Shown: positions 53,185-64,000 of the stretch, in pieces | Layout: each line of letters starts with the position of its first letter | Position numbering within the stretch: the stretch's first letter is position 1 | Source: Octopus sinensis | Lineage: Eukaryota | Assembly (NCBI RefSeq): GCF_006345805.1 | Contig: NC_043005.1 | Location: 48,050,001 to 48,114,000, forward strand | Direction of reading: 5' to 3' | DNA length: 64,000 bases | Made by a program: the position numbers and the translations under genes | Notes under the pieces: generated by a model | What the model saw: the letters and a program-made list of their open reading frames with translations, nothing else | The model's database searches: none | What the model was told of the DNA's origin: nothing

Positions 53185-53664
53185 CCATAAATCCTCGAGT
53201 ATAGTCCGCCCTTGAGTATAATACTCAGGGGATTTTTAGGGGGCTGTACCTCTGAAAAACCTAAACCTTGTGTATAATACACACCCCTTCTCTAACTTGA
53301 GTCAAGGTGGTCTATATAACGTCCTTGGTTTGTAAAGATATATACGGTAACATCCTTTATTATTATTGTATATATAACATAATGCAAACATGTAGCTTTT
53401 TTGTGCCTTTTGTTTGCAGAAAATAAAGAAATAACAGTAACAACGTTTCATAAATGTTGCTAACTGCAAGTTATGGATGATTTAAGGTATTTCCATGCCC
53501 GACATAACAAAATGCGTCTGAATAAACATTGCCAGACAGCAAATAGAGACTCGGATATTGCTTAGGAAATAATTTTCATTTTTAACCCTGTATATAGTAC
53601 ACACTAGGGATTTTGACCTTAAAATTTTTGGAAAAAAATGTGGATTATACTCGAGGATTTACGG
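53185..53664. mobile_element. pogo/Tc2-type MITE, copy 2
   Basis: CCATAAATCCTCGAGTATAGTCC ... GGATTATACTCGAGGATTTACGG with TA flanks. Same orientation as copy 1 but lacks an internal segment of about 32 bp. Confidence 0.9.
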
Positions 53665-54541
53665 TAAGTAATATTGAGATAAGATATAAGTAATATTGCT
53701 AAGCAAACACAATTGAGGGTGGCATGGAGAGGGAAGCTGGTATGCATGGGTGACTGCTGGTCTTCCATAAACAACCTTGTCCAGACTTGTACCTCAGAGG
53801 GTAACTTTCTAGGTGCAACCTCATGGTCATTCATGACTGAAGGGGGTCTTTTACCCTATTAATATTAATGTGGCAAGTTGGCAGAATTGTTAGCATACTG
53901 TACAAAATGCTTAACAGCATATCATTACATTCTGAGTTCAAAATTTGCCATGGTTGACTTAGCTATTCATCCTTTTGAGATCACTACAGCAAGTACCAGT
54001 CCCCACCCCCACTAGGATGAATATAAATGACTAGACCCCAAAATTTCAGAGCTTGTGCCTATTGTACAAAGGAAAGGCAATAAGCTGGCAAAATCATTAA
54101 CATGCCAGACAAAACGCTTAACAGTTTTTCTCTGACTTTCCATTCTGAGTTCAAATTCCACTTAGGTCAACTTTGCCTTTCATCCTTTTGGGGTCAATAG
54201 TAGAAGTACTAGTTGAGTGCTGGGGTTGATGTACTTGACTTGTCCCCTCCCGCCAAATTTCAGGCCTTGTTCCTATAGCAGAAGGAATTATTATTATTAT
54301 TATCATTGCCTTTGTGCCGCTTCTAATGCTGGAGATGTACTACGGTGTCAGCTGTTCACTACCAGGGAACTAAGGTAAAACCTCTTATTTTTAGAGTCAA
54401 CCCCACTGTTTGACTGGTACTAGTTTTATTGACCCCAAAAGGCAAAGTTGGTCATGGTGGAATTTGAACTTAGGATGAACGAAATGCTGCTAAACATTTT
54501 GCCCAAGGTGCTAAAGATTCTACCAGCTCGCTGCCTTATAC

Positions 54542-54590
<49 letters not shown>

Positions 54591-54593
<3 letters not shown>

Positions 54594-54879
54594 GAGGTAA
54601 CTAGAATGTGGAATCTGAAAACAGAAACAATTCCTATCATAGTAGGTGCATTAGGCATGATAAAAAAATATTCAGACAAATACATAACAAAAACACCAGG
54701 ACTTACAAACACATATAACATACAGAAAATTGCACTACTAGGCACTGCACACATCCTACGCAGAACACTTTCCCTACAATAACCATCAGAGCATCACAAC
54801 AAATCACAGCACATACCCAAGGCACACAGAGCTGTGCTCGGTAGTGAAGTGAAAGCACGCTATAAAAATAAAACTACTG
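54591..54879 (+). mobile_element. 5'-truncated R4/Dong-clade non-LTR retrotransposon (RLE C-terminus plus 3'UTR)
   Basis: IEVTRMWNLKTETIPIIVGALGMIKKYSDKYITKTPGLTNTYNIQKIALLGTAHILRRTLSLQ* (stop 54780-54782) matches the typical R4/Dong/Rex6 C-terminus. Flanked on both sides by (TAA)n. Confidence 0.85.
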
Positions 54880-55288
54880 AATAATAATAATAATATCTAG
54901 TTAGCAACTTCCTTGTCTTTCTGTCTAAGCTGTTTAGTTCATCTACTGTCTGTGCAATTACCCTTGCTCCATATCTAAGGAGTGAAACTGCCTAAGTGTT
55001 GATAACTTCAATCTTATTCCGTCCGTTTAATTTTGACTTAAGGATCAGTCTGTGCAAGTACTCCACCTTAAATTTTTCTGTTATTTCTTTTATTATTATG
55101 GCAGTGAGCTGGCAGTCAAAATGCTTAGTGGTATATCATCTGCCCCTGCATTCTGGGTTCAAATTCTGTCAAGATTGACTTTTCCTTTCATCTTTTTGGG
55201 GTTGATAAAATAAGCACCAGTTACTGGGGTCAATGTAATTAACTTGCCCCTACCCCAAAAATTACTGGCTTGTGCCAAAATTTGAAGC

Positions 55289-55291
<3 letters not shown>

Positions 55292-55330
<39 letters not shown>

Positions 55331-55347
55331 CATTATTATTATTATTA

Positions 55348-55403
<56 letters not shown>
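55292..55403. repeat. (ATT)n microsatellite
   Basis: Direct reading. Confidence 0.95.
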
Positions 55404-55635
55404 GTATAAGGCAGCGAGCTGGCGGAATCTTTAGCACTCTGGGCAAAATGTTTAGCGGCATTTCATCCATCTTTACATTCTGAGATCAAATTCCACCATG
55501 ACCAACTTTGCCTTTCGGGGTCAATAGAACAAGTGCCAGTCAAGCACTGGGGTTGATGTAATCAACTAGTACCTCCAACTAAAATTTCAGGCTTTGTGCC
55601 TATAGTAGAAAGGACTTTTATCATCATTATTATTA

Positions 55636-55676
<41 letters not shown>

Positions 55677-55912
55677 TATTATTATTATTATTGTATAAGG
55701 CAGCGAGCTGGCGGAATCTTTAGCACTCTGGGCAAAATGTTTAGCGGCATTTCATCCATCTTTACATTCTGAGATCAAATTCCACCATGACCAACTTTGC
55801 CTTTCGGGGTCAATAGAACAAGTGCCAGTCAAGCACTGGGGTTGATGTAATCAACTAGTACCTCCAACTAAAATTTCAGGCTTTGTGCCTATAGTAGAAA
55901 GGACTTTTATCA

Positions 55913-55915
<3 letters not shown>
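55404..55915 (+). repeat. Exact tandem duplication of a SINE (2 x 223 bp, period 289) in (ATT)n
   Basis: 55404-55626 and 55693-55915 read identical by eye and are separated and flanked by ATT repeats. Confidence 0.9.
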
Positions 55916-55965
<50 letters not shown>

Positions 55966-56791
55966 TCTAACATATGAACAGCTGCATAATATATATTTCT
56001 GATAAGAAGAAACAGTTGCTTAAATAAACTTCAGTATATGTTCGGTTTATTTTATCGACCCTGTGAAAGATGATGATACATAATATCAACTTCTATAAGA
56101 ATTGAAGCGATAAAGAAACATAGTCTCAACATCACAATAATAATATATTTAATAATATTAATAATATCATAAAAGGCATGCCAGAATAGAAGCAACACTA
56201 CAAACTCAACTCATTTCATTGACAACAGAGTTTCAGCACAAACATAAACTAATATCAAAAGAACTCCCAGGAATTTTCTTTAAAATACTTGAAATGTAGT
56301 TTATATTTTATGTTGCTATAGAGGAGTGAAGGAAGATTTTTAATCATTGTGTATGAGTGTATGTGTGTTTCATTGTATTTCGAAAGTATATAAATTTCAT
56401 ATGCATATTATACGTTTGGTATGAAAGTGAGCTAGTGATGGAAAAGCATTAGTAAATATGTATAAATCTTTTATGTATATGTGCACTTGTTTGTATATAT
56501 AAGTAAGTGTCAGCTATGCAAGTGGGGGTGCAGGGGGGGGTGATTTTGAAAGAACCCATCCCTCAAACCCCTAAGACCCTAGAAACATCACTGATGATGC
56601 ATCCCAGAACATCCACGAAGTGTATCTTAAAACCATGAATATGTATATATACACGTGAGTGTATGTGTTTGTCATATGTATATATATATATATATATGTG
56701 TGTATAAATGTACGTATGCACACATACATATATATACACATACATACATACATACATACTTATACATATTCATATATATATATACATATTC

Positions 56792-56834
<43 letters not shown>

Positions 56835-56981
56835 TATATAATAAAAACAAGCCCTAGCTTTGACTTGTTTGACTAAAGCCCTTCAAAGTTGTGCCCTAGC
56901 ATGGTCGCAGTCAATGACTAAAATAAGCAAAAGATAAAAGATAAAATATATATAAATATATATACACATTATATATACATA

Positions 56982-57025
<44 letters not shown>

Positions 57026-59429
57026 GATATATATATATATATATGACTATTTGTTTTGGCACTCTAAACTTACTCTACATCTTCAGTTTGATCTTCTTGT
57101 TTTGATGTTTCTTGACCTTTTGCAGATTTTTAAATCCTTGATGATATGACATTAGCAGAAAATAATTTTTCAGTATAATGAAAACGAAATAAATATAAAT
57201 AAATATTACTTTACTATTATTTCTGTGTGTATATGTGTGTCCCAATGTATACTTTGTTAATTTTTTCTTTTTTTTTTTTTTTTGCAGTAGTATCTTTTAT
57301 ATCCACATTTTGATGCTTTTCTGTAAGTTCTTTTCTCATAACTTTTGAAAATAATTATTTGAAGATTTTGGTATGTCATCTCTTTTAAACTTTCATAGCA
57401 GACTAAATCTGACATCTATATTTCTTCAAAAATAGATACAAAGGAATTAAAGGAGACATTTGAGTAACAGTTAAATGATATTTACGCTTCTAAATTCTTT
57501 ACCATTAAAATAACTTATTTTTTTAAAGTGCATTTTCATTTTTCTTTTCACAGGTGTCTAGCAATTTGACCTTTGTATTAACTCTATGCAGCAGTCAACT
57601 TTCTTTGATTATTTGCTGAGATAAAAAAAAAATGCATGTTTCAGTTTTATAAAAATATAAACACATGTGAAAAAAAAACAAAAACTGAGTGATTTATACT
57701 ATGTTGAATTCTAGACTCAAATGACCTGAGAAATCTAGTAAAATGTCAACCGAGTTAGCCTTTGTGTATCATTGCTTGCTGTTTACCAACTTTCAAGTAG
57801 CCAAGGAAGATAAGCATGTCATCTAAAGATTAGTAATTCACACGCAAACAAGTATCCCTCATATCTTTTATGGCCAATTTCTTCAAATTTTGATGTTTAC
57901 CTTTACAAATGTCTAGTGAAGTTAATTAACAGAAAGATAACTCTACAATGGTATGACTAGAGAATATGTATAATATAATATTAGTTATTTACTAGACAGT
58001 GAGATAGTGACTGAACCTCTACATGGTCATTTTCAATTGTTAGGAATAACAACAAAATCTCATCACATTTTACTGTTTTGAATAAGGAAAAGACACAATG
58101 AAATCAATACAACTAGAATGCCCTTCATTATAGGTCTGTTAGACCATGGTTTAATTAAGGCTAAACTACAACTTATCAGATAATTTCTTTCTTGTCTTTC
58201 CCTGACCCTATTTTCTTTCATTATTATTATCTTCCTATTGATTTGTAGTTTTTTTGTTCAATAGGAATATTCTTTGAATGTTTGGTTAAAATGTTTGCTT
58301 CTTCATCACATGGTTTTGGGTTCAGTCACCCTGAGAAAAATCTTTGGGCAAGTGTCTTCTGTTATAAGCACCAGATTGCCCAATGTCTTGTGGATGGATT
58401 TGATTGATGGAAATTGTGCAGAAGCCTGTAGTGTATGTGTGTGCATATATTTCATCAATTACAGAAGCCTGTAGAGTATATGTGTACATATATTTCATCA
58501 ATTACAGACCACTGTCAGTTAGTATGTGTCCCCACCAATTAGGGGTTCAGTAAACAAAAGAAGAACAATAAAATAAGTAAAGAATAAGAAGTTTTGAATG
58601 GTACAACAATGCACTACAGTACAGACGATGGGCTATATACCTGTTGTAATTTAGTCATCCATAGTCAGATAGGATATTTCAGAATAATATTCCTTCTCCA
58701 GATATTCTTAGATGGAGTCGCTGCTATAATCGGTTTTCGAACGGCTTTTCTTTTCTATTTTTTGGAAGTGTCTCAGCAGTGGTCTCATGATGCTCCTTCC
58801 AGAATTCTTTGTGAGAAGTGTGTGAGGTCAGCCATGCCTCAATCTCATGTGTGCTGGTACATCCGTGGCACTGCTTCTAAGTTACGTATTATACGTTCAG
58901 CTTCCTTTTTTTCCCTTCTTTTTTTTTCTCTTCTCTTTTTTTTTTTGTTATAAACTACGGAATCAAATTGAAATAAATTCAGCTGGTCACCTTCTGTCAG
59001 ATCATCTACCCCGTGCCAGCTGAAGGGCTGAACAGACGTGGAGACTGAACAGCTCTTCAGCTGGTCAGCTTCTATCAAACCGTCTGATCCATGCCAGCAT
59101 GGAAAATGGACATTAAACGAAGACAGTGATGACAAGGATGAGGATGACAACGATGATGATGATGGCTAGCTTCAATTTGATAAACTAATCATTCTGAAAT
59201 GGTGTTTCATCATGCTTGTTGTCCCATGACTGCAAGAAATTAAAAATATAAATGATCTGTCATCATCATCATGCTCACTCTCTGATGCTGTTCTTGTTCC
59301 TATTGTCATTTTCATCAGCAGTAGCATCACTACCATAACCATCCTTTCCTTCAGTCCTTATTCTTACCCACAACTACAATTTTTACTCTTGTCATCATTT
59401 TTACTGTCATCACTGGCAGTTTAGCAAAG

Positions 59430-59590
59430 AACATATGCTTTGTATGATAAATGTGATAGATGCACTAAAGCAGTACACACAATGAGCAAACTAGAAACAG
59501 ATTCTTTCAAATGCTCAGATGGCTCACTAGAAGTAGTTGATAATTTTTGTTGTGGAGGTGATGTAATTAGCAAGGTTGCTCAGTTTAAGA
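59430..59590 (+). mobile_element. RTE-clade LINE ORF2 fragment
   Basis: CDRCTKAV..FKCSDGSLEVVDNFCCGGDVIS resembles the RTE motif LEVVDSFRYLGD. Confidence 0.65.
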
Positions 59591-59632
59591 ACAGCCCCCT
59601 CCCACAGACTTTCAAGCCTTTTACCTATAATA

Positions 59633-59943
59633 ATAAACGTTGCCCTTTTCAAGCCTAGACAGGCTCATAGGCCCGGTTTCCTGGTTTCTGTGGCTTATAT
59701 GCCCCCCCCCCAGCTGGATGGGATGCCAGTCCATCACAGCATTACTCATGAAACAGGAAGAGAGAGTGAGAAAAAGTTGTGGCGAAAGAGTACAACAGGG
59801 GTTGCCACCACCCACTGCTGTAGCTTTGTGGAGCTTTTAGGTGTTTTCGCTCAATAAACACACACAACTCCCAGTCTGGGATTCAAAACCATGATCCTCC
59901 GACCGCAAGTCTGCTGCCCTAACCACTGGGCCATTGCACATCC
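59633..59943 (-). mobile_element. tRNA-derived SINE family C, tail 3
   Basis: Collinear with 21140-21444. Confidence 0.85.
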
Positions 59944-60295
59944 CTTGTACCTATAGTAGAAAGGATTATTATCATCATTGTTGTTTATCATCAGGTCAGA
60001 CTTAACAGAATACACCAAGCTATAGAAGCATACCAAATGTGACCATTCCATATGTATCAAAGTGCAGGGACTCCACGACCATATTATCCATCAGGGCCAC
60101 TTTGGTATTATTTAAGCCAGTGGGTCTCAACTATTTTCTGTCTATGGATCCTTTTGATTCCTATTTTATCCTCATAGCTATTTGATGTATAAAAAATCTC
60201 ATTTTTATAATGAAATATAATTAAGAATGTATAAAATTTTTTTAAATTGTTAAAATATTTGGCACATTGTACACATATAAGTAATTTCTTACACC

Positions 60296-60543
60296 ACAGG
60301 CATGGATGTGTGGTAAGAAGCTTGCTTCTCAACTGCATGGATCTGGATTCAATCTCACTGCATGGCACCTTGGGCAAGTGTCTTTTACTATAGCCTAAGG
60401 GTGATCAAAGCTTTGTTAGTGGATTTCATAGACAGAAACTGAAAGAAACTCATTGAATATATGTATGTACATATGTATGTGTGTGTTTGTGTGTGTGTGT
60501 GTGTGTTTGTGTGTATGTGTGTGTTTGTGTGTATGTGTGTATG

Positions 60544-60587
<44 letters not shown>

Positions 60588-60852
60588 TAGATAGATAGAT
60601 AGATAGATAGAAATGTACGTATATATTGATGTGTTTGTTTCTATGTGTCAGTATTCGTCCCACATCATCACTTGACAACTGGTATTGGTGTGTTTATGTC
60701 CCTGTAACTTAGCAGTTCAGCAAAAATAAACAACAGAAATAAGTACTAGGCTTTCAAAGAAGTCCTGGGGTCGATTTCGCCAACAAACTAAAACCCTTTA
60801 AGGTGGTGCTCCAGCATGGCTGCAGTTAAATGACTGAAACAAGGAAAAGAAT
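60296..60852 (+). mobile_element. SINE family B
   Basis: Complete head-microsatellite-tail organisation as at 5960. Confidence 0.85.
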
Positions 60853-62102
60853 AATAAAATTTTAACAACAAAATTTTATGTGGACCCCCAACATCCATGT
60901 GGACTCCGAGTTAAGAGCCACTAATTTAAACTGTAGCAAGCGATTTGAAGGACATTTTGGCTGTTGTGTCTTGTAGCACAACCAATTACATTCAATATAC
61001 ATTGTTAACTCACAGTATTAATCTTGTAGTTAATGATGATGATAATGCTTCTGTCATGATTGTCGTTATTGGTGTTGTAATTGTTACTGCTATTACTGTT
61101 GTTATAGTAGATGTTACTGCCATATGAGTCCCCTCAGTAACAACAACACAGAAAACAACTCTACGGACAAACATACACCATACAACTTACTTCCTTACAA
61201 GAAGTAACAAAGTAAATATAGCACAACCTAAGTTTATTCTCCAGATTGGCAGATGTTCACACCCATTTAATGCATTGTTTAATAGATTGGAAAAGGCAGA
61301 CAAGAAGAGAAGGTAGTAATTTCATTACAATAGCCTGGACGTATTGCATGCAGTTTTTATGTACTTTTGGTATAAAAGAGATCATACAACCAAAACACTC
61401 TTTTTACCCTTGCCCTCTCATCATCTCAAATAAGAAATAAAAATAAATAGTTGAAGCATAGATGGATATATATATATATATACATATATACTTATACAGA
61501 CATGTAAATACAAGCACACACACACATATAATTAGGAAATTTTGATGGTTTTACTTCTTTTTTTTTAGTTCAAATTTAATTTATTTTTGGTATATGCTGT
61601 ATTTTGGTGTTTCCTTCCACAAATTTTTTTTCTTGAAGTGCAACAATCATATATATCTTCTCATATACATATACACACACACATATATATATATATATAT
61701 GTATTGAAACATTCCTGTCACAACCTGGGACCTTGAAGACTGCTTAAATGCAAGAAAGTATACTAGTCCTTTAATATTTAATATTTGATATTCAATATTT
61801 CATCTATTCAATAAGACAATTAATACTTCATTTCATTTTACTATATATACTATATATACTATATATATATATACTATATATTCTATATCCTACTTTAATA
61901 TTATAAGAATATAAATAAAACATAAAAAACAGACAGAGTCGGAGTCCCTTTGAATAATATATGCATATATATACACACAAGTAAACACATAAATGTAAAA
62001 CAAGGTGGGAAAAAATAGTACTCAATGCTTGATCACAATTGCTCAACAGCAGTTTTTTGTGATGTTCTTGCAGCTTTGACAATAAAAAACAGTGTGTGTG
62101 TA

Positions 62103-62140
<38 letters not shown>

Positions 62141-62278
62141 AAAGTAAAAAAATATACAAACTGGGACAAGAACGTGAAACATTTAGAAGACGACACAAAA
62201 AACACGGACGGGACATTCGAAGCCCTAAATCATCAGTCAAGAACCGGATCATCTTCGCAATTTCAGATGTGTGTATAT

Positions 62279-62560
62279 AAGAAGTTTGAAAACGCCACTA
62301 AATAAGATAAATTTTGATTTTCTTAGAGATTTTACATGTTTCAGTTCATCTTGAAAAAATGAACCTCATCAAAAAAATTTTTTAAAGTTAACACCACGTG
62401 GACTCTGTTGAGACTAGTAAGAGACAATTATGAACTTTTTTATTACACTTAAGTTTTTAAAATATTTTTGATAAAGTTCGTTTTTTCAGGAAGAACCGAA
62501 TATGTAAAATCTCTAAGAAAATTAAAATTTATCTTATATAGTGGCGTTTTCAAACTTCTT
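62279..62560. mobile_element. Fold-back MITE with TIRs of about 95 bp
   Basis: AAGAAGTTTGAAAACGCCACTAAATAAGATAAATTTT... is mirrored by ...AAAATTTATCTTATATAGTGGCGTTTTCAAACTTCTT. Superfamily not assigned. Confidence 0.8.
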
Positions 62561-62999
62561 TTTTATAAATATATACCCACTCGTATGCCACCTACACTTT
62601 TTATAAATATATAAATACACACACACACACACACACACATGTTTGTATGTATATGTATGTATGTATGTATGTATGTGAGTATGTATGTATATATATGAGC
62701 CTGTGCATGTGCATTAGTGTCAACATTGCATGATAGTTGTAAATGAGTGTCATTGTCATGCTAGCTGCATCCTTCATTTCTAATTTTCTGTGAAAACATC
62801 TCTGGTCACAGGGAAATATTACCTTCATTGGAAACAGGTGCAGTTTAGTGACAAGAAGGACATCCAGCCATTGAAAATAAATCTGCTTCAATAAACTCTG
62901 TCTGATGCAGGTAAACATCAGAAAGTGAATGTTAAACATTATATATCTGTACATTGTGCAACACAATTTAAATATTGGAACATGAACGTGAACATGAAC

Positions 63000-63500
63000 A
63001 TGAACGTCAAAATAAATATCAATGGAAATAGTAGTTGTGATGCCTGTGCCGGTGGCACATAAAAAGCACCATCTGAACGTGGCCGTAGCCAGCGCCGACT
63101 CGACTGGCTTCTGTGCCAGTGGCACATAAAAAGCACTATCCGAACGTGGCCGATGCCAGCTCCACCCCGACTGGCTTCTATGCCAGTGGCACATAAAAAG
63201 CACCAAAAGCACCATCCGAATGTTGCCAGCGCTGCCTTGGCTGGCTTCCGTGCCGCTGGCACGTTAAAGGCTCCAACCAATCGTGGCCGATGCCGGACCA
63301 CCCCGGGCACCAGTGCAGTTTGTACGTAAAAAGCACCCACTACACTTGCGGAGTGGTTGGCGTTAGGAAGGGCATCCAGCCATAGAAACTCTGCCAGATC
63401 AGACTGGAGCCTGGAGCAGCCCCTGGCTTCCCAGACCCCGGTCGAACCGTCCAACCTGTGCTAGCGCGGAAAACGGACGTTTAAACGATGATGATCATGA
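63000..63500 (+). mobile_element. RTE-tailed SINE or RTE 3' end (family D) with an internal repeat of about 60 bp
   Basis: GTTAGGAAGGGCATCCAGC motif and 3' end GGACGTTTAAACGATGATGAT. Internal TGCCAGTGGCACATAAAAAGCAC units. Other copies near 17968-18390-, 31060-31258+, 36060-36490-, 38290-38500+, 41480-41650-, 46830-47010+. Confidence 0.8.
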
Positions 63501-64000
63501 TGATGATGATGATGATGAAACTCTGCAGTGGCCGCGATAATAATTCTTTCTACTATAGGCATAAGGCCTGAAATTTTGGGGAGAGGGATAGTCAATTACA
63601 TCAACCCCAGTGCATAACTGGTACTTAATCAATCCTGAAAGGATGAAAGGCAAAGTTGACCTCAGTGGAATTTGAACTTGGAATGTAAAGATGGGCAAAA
63701 TATCACTAAGCATTTTGCCCAGGGTGCTAATGATTCTACCTGCACATAAACACATTTTTTCTGCACTCTTGATTTTTCAGCAAAAAGGGAGTCCCTTTAT
63801 GCAGCATTTTCTAGTTTGTTGACTACTCCTCAGAGAAGAGGTACCCAGTTTCCTTTCCCAATCAATAACTTAGATACCTTCCCATATAAAGCAGTCATAA
63901 ATTAGGTTAGCACATTAGTGGATAGCCTAATTTCCATATTGGTGCATTTCATGGTTTGTTGCAAATTAACCCACAAATAGACATTAAATGATGATGATGA

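Noticed and set aside
58420-58510. 42-bp tandem duplication, and a 12-bp x4 repeat at 50325-50375
   Set aside because: Local slippage within decayed SINEs; ordinary.
58594-58953. 119-aa plus-strand ORF in a CpG-richer patch
   Set aside because: No recognisable domain, it ends in a T-rich low-complexity tract, and the splice signals are inconsistent.
27950-62270. Hammerhead folds in other Penelope-like fragments (27975, 35900, 45335, 62200) and in the 46199 palindrome
   Set aside because: A CTGANGA-like word is present in some, but the GAAA box or the stem II pairing is missing.
62601-63454. The 204-aa and 171-aa minus-strand ORFs
   Set aside because: They run through the GC-rich internal repeat of family D and microsatellites; no protein family is recognisable.
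504-63755. Most ORFs in the supplied track (poly-YI, CV, HT, I, N, M tracts)
   Set aside because: They are translations of (AT)n, (GT)n, (ATT)n and (GAT)n microsatellites, which lack stops in some frames.

Overview
AT-rich eukaryotic genomic DNA, dense in microsatellites and interspersed repeats. The SINE, RTE and Penelope repertoire looks like octopod cephalopod (Octopus) DNA; this is inference from remembered repeat families, not a search. I could not identify any intact host protein-coding gene, RNA gene or CRISPR array. Nearly every ORF in the supplied track is a microsatellite translation or an antisense shadow of a transposon, so the window is probably a large intron or intergenic stretch. 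Supported content: (1) about 40 SINE copies in four family groups, several nested with clear target-site duplications (TSDs). (2) A full-length but decayed Tc1-type transposon with DD36E spacing (28101-29371). (3) Fossil fragments of a Helitron helicase, a piggyBac transposase, and mariner, RTE, CR1 and R4/Dong elements. (4) pogo-, hAT- and piggyBac-type MITEs. (5) Penelope-type terminal fragments, three of which fold as hammerhead ribozymes. The most unusual structures are a 294-bp near-perfect palindrome carrying a hammerhead core on each strand (37322-37615), a second 266-bp fold-back (46199-46464), and an indel-free 46-bp array in which each unit holds a small hairpin (15808-16195). All alignments and folds were done by eye, and coordinates of decayed repeats are approximate.
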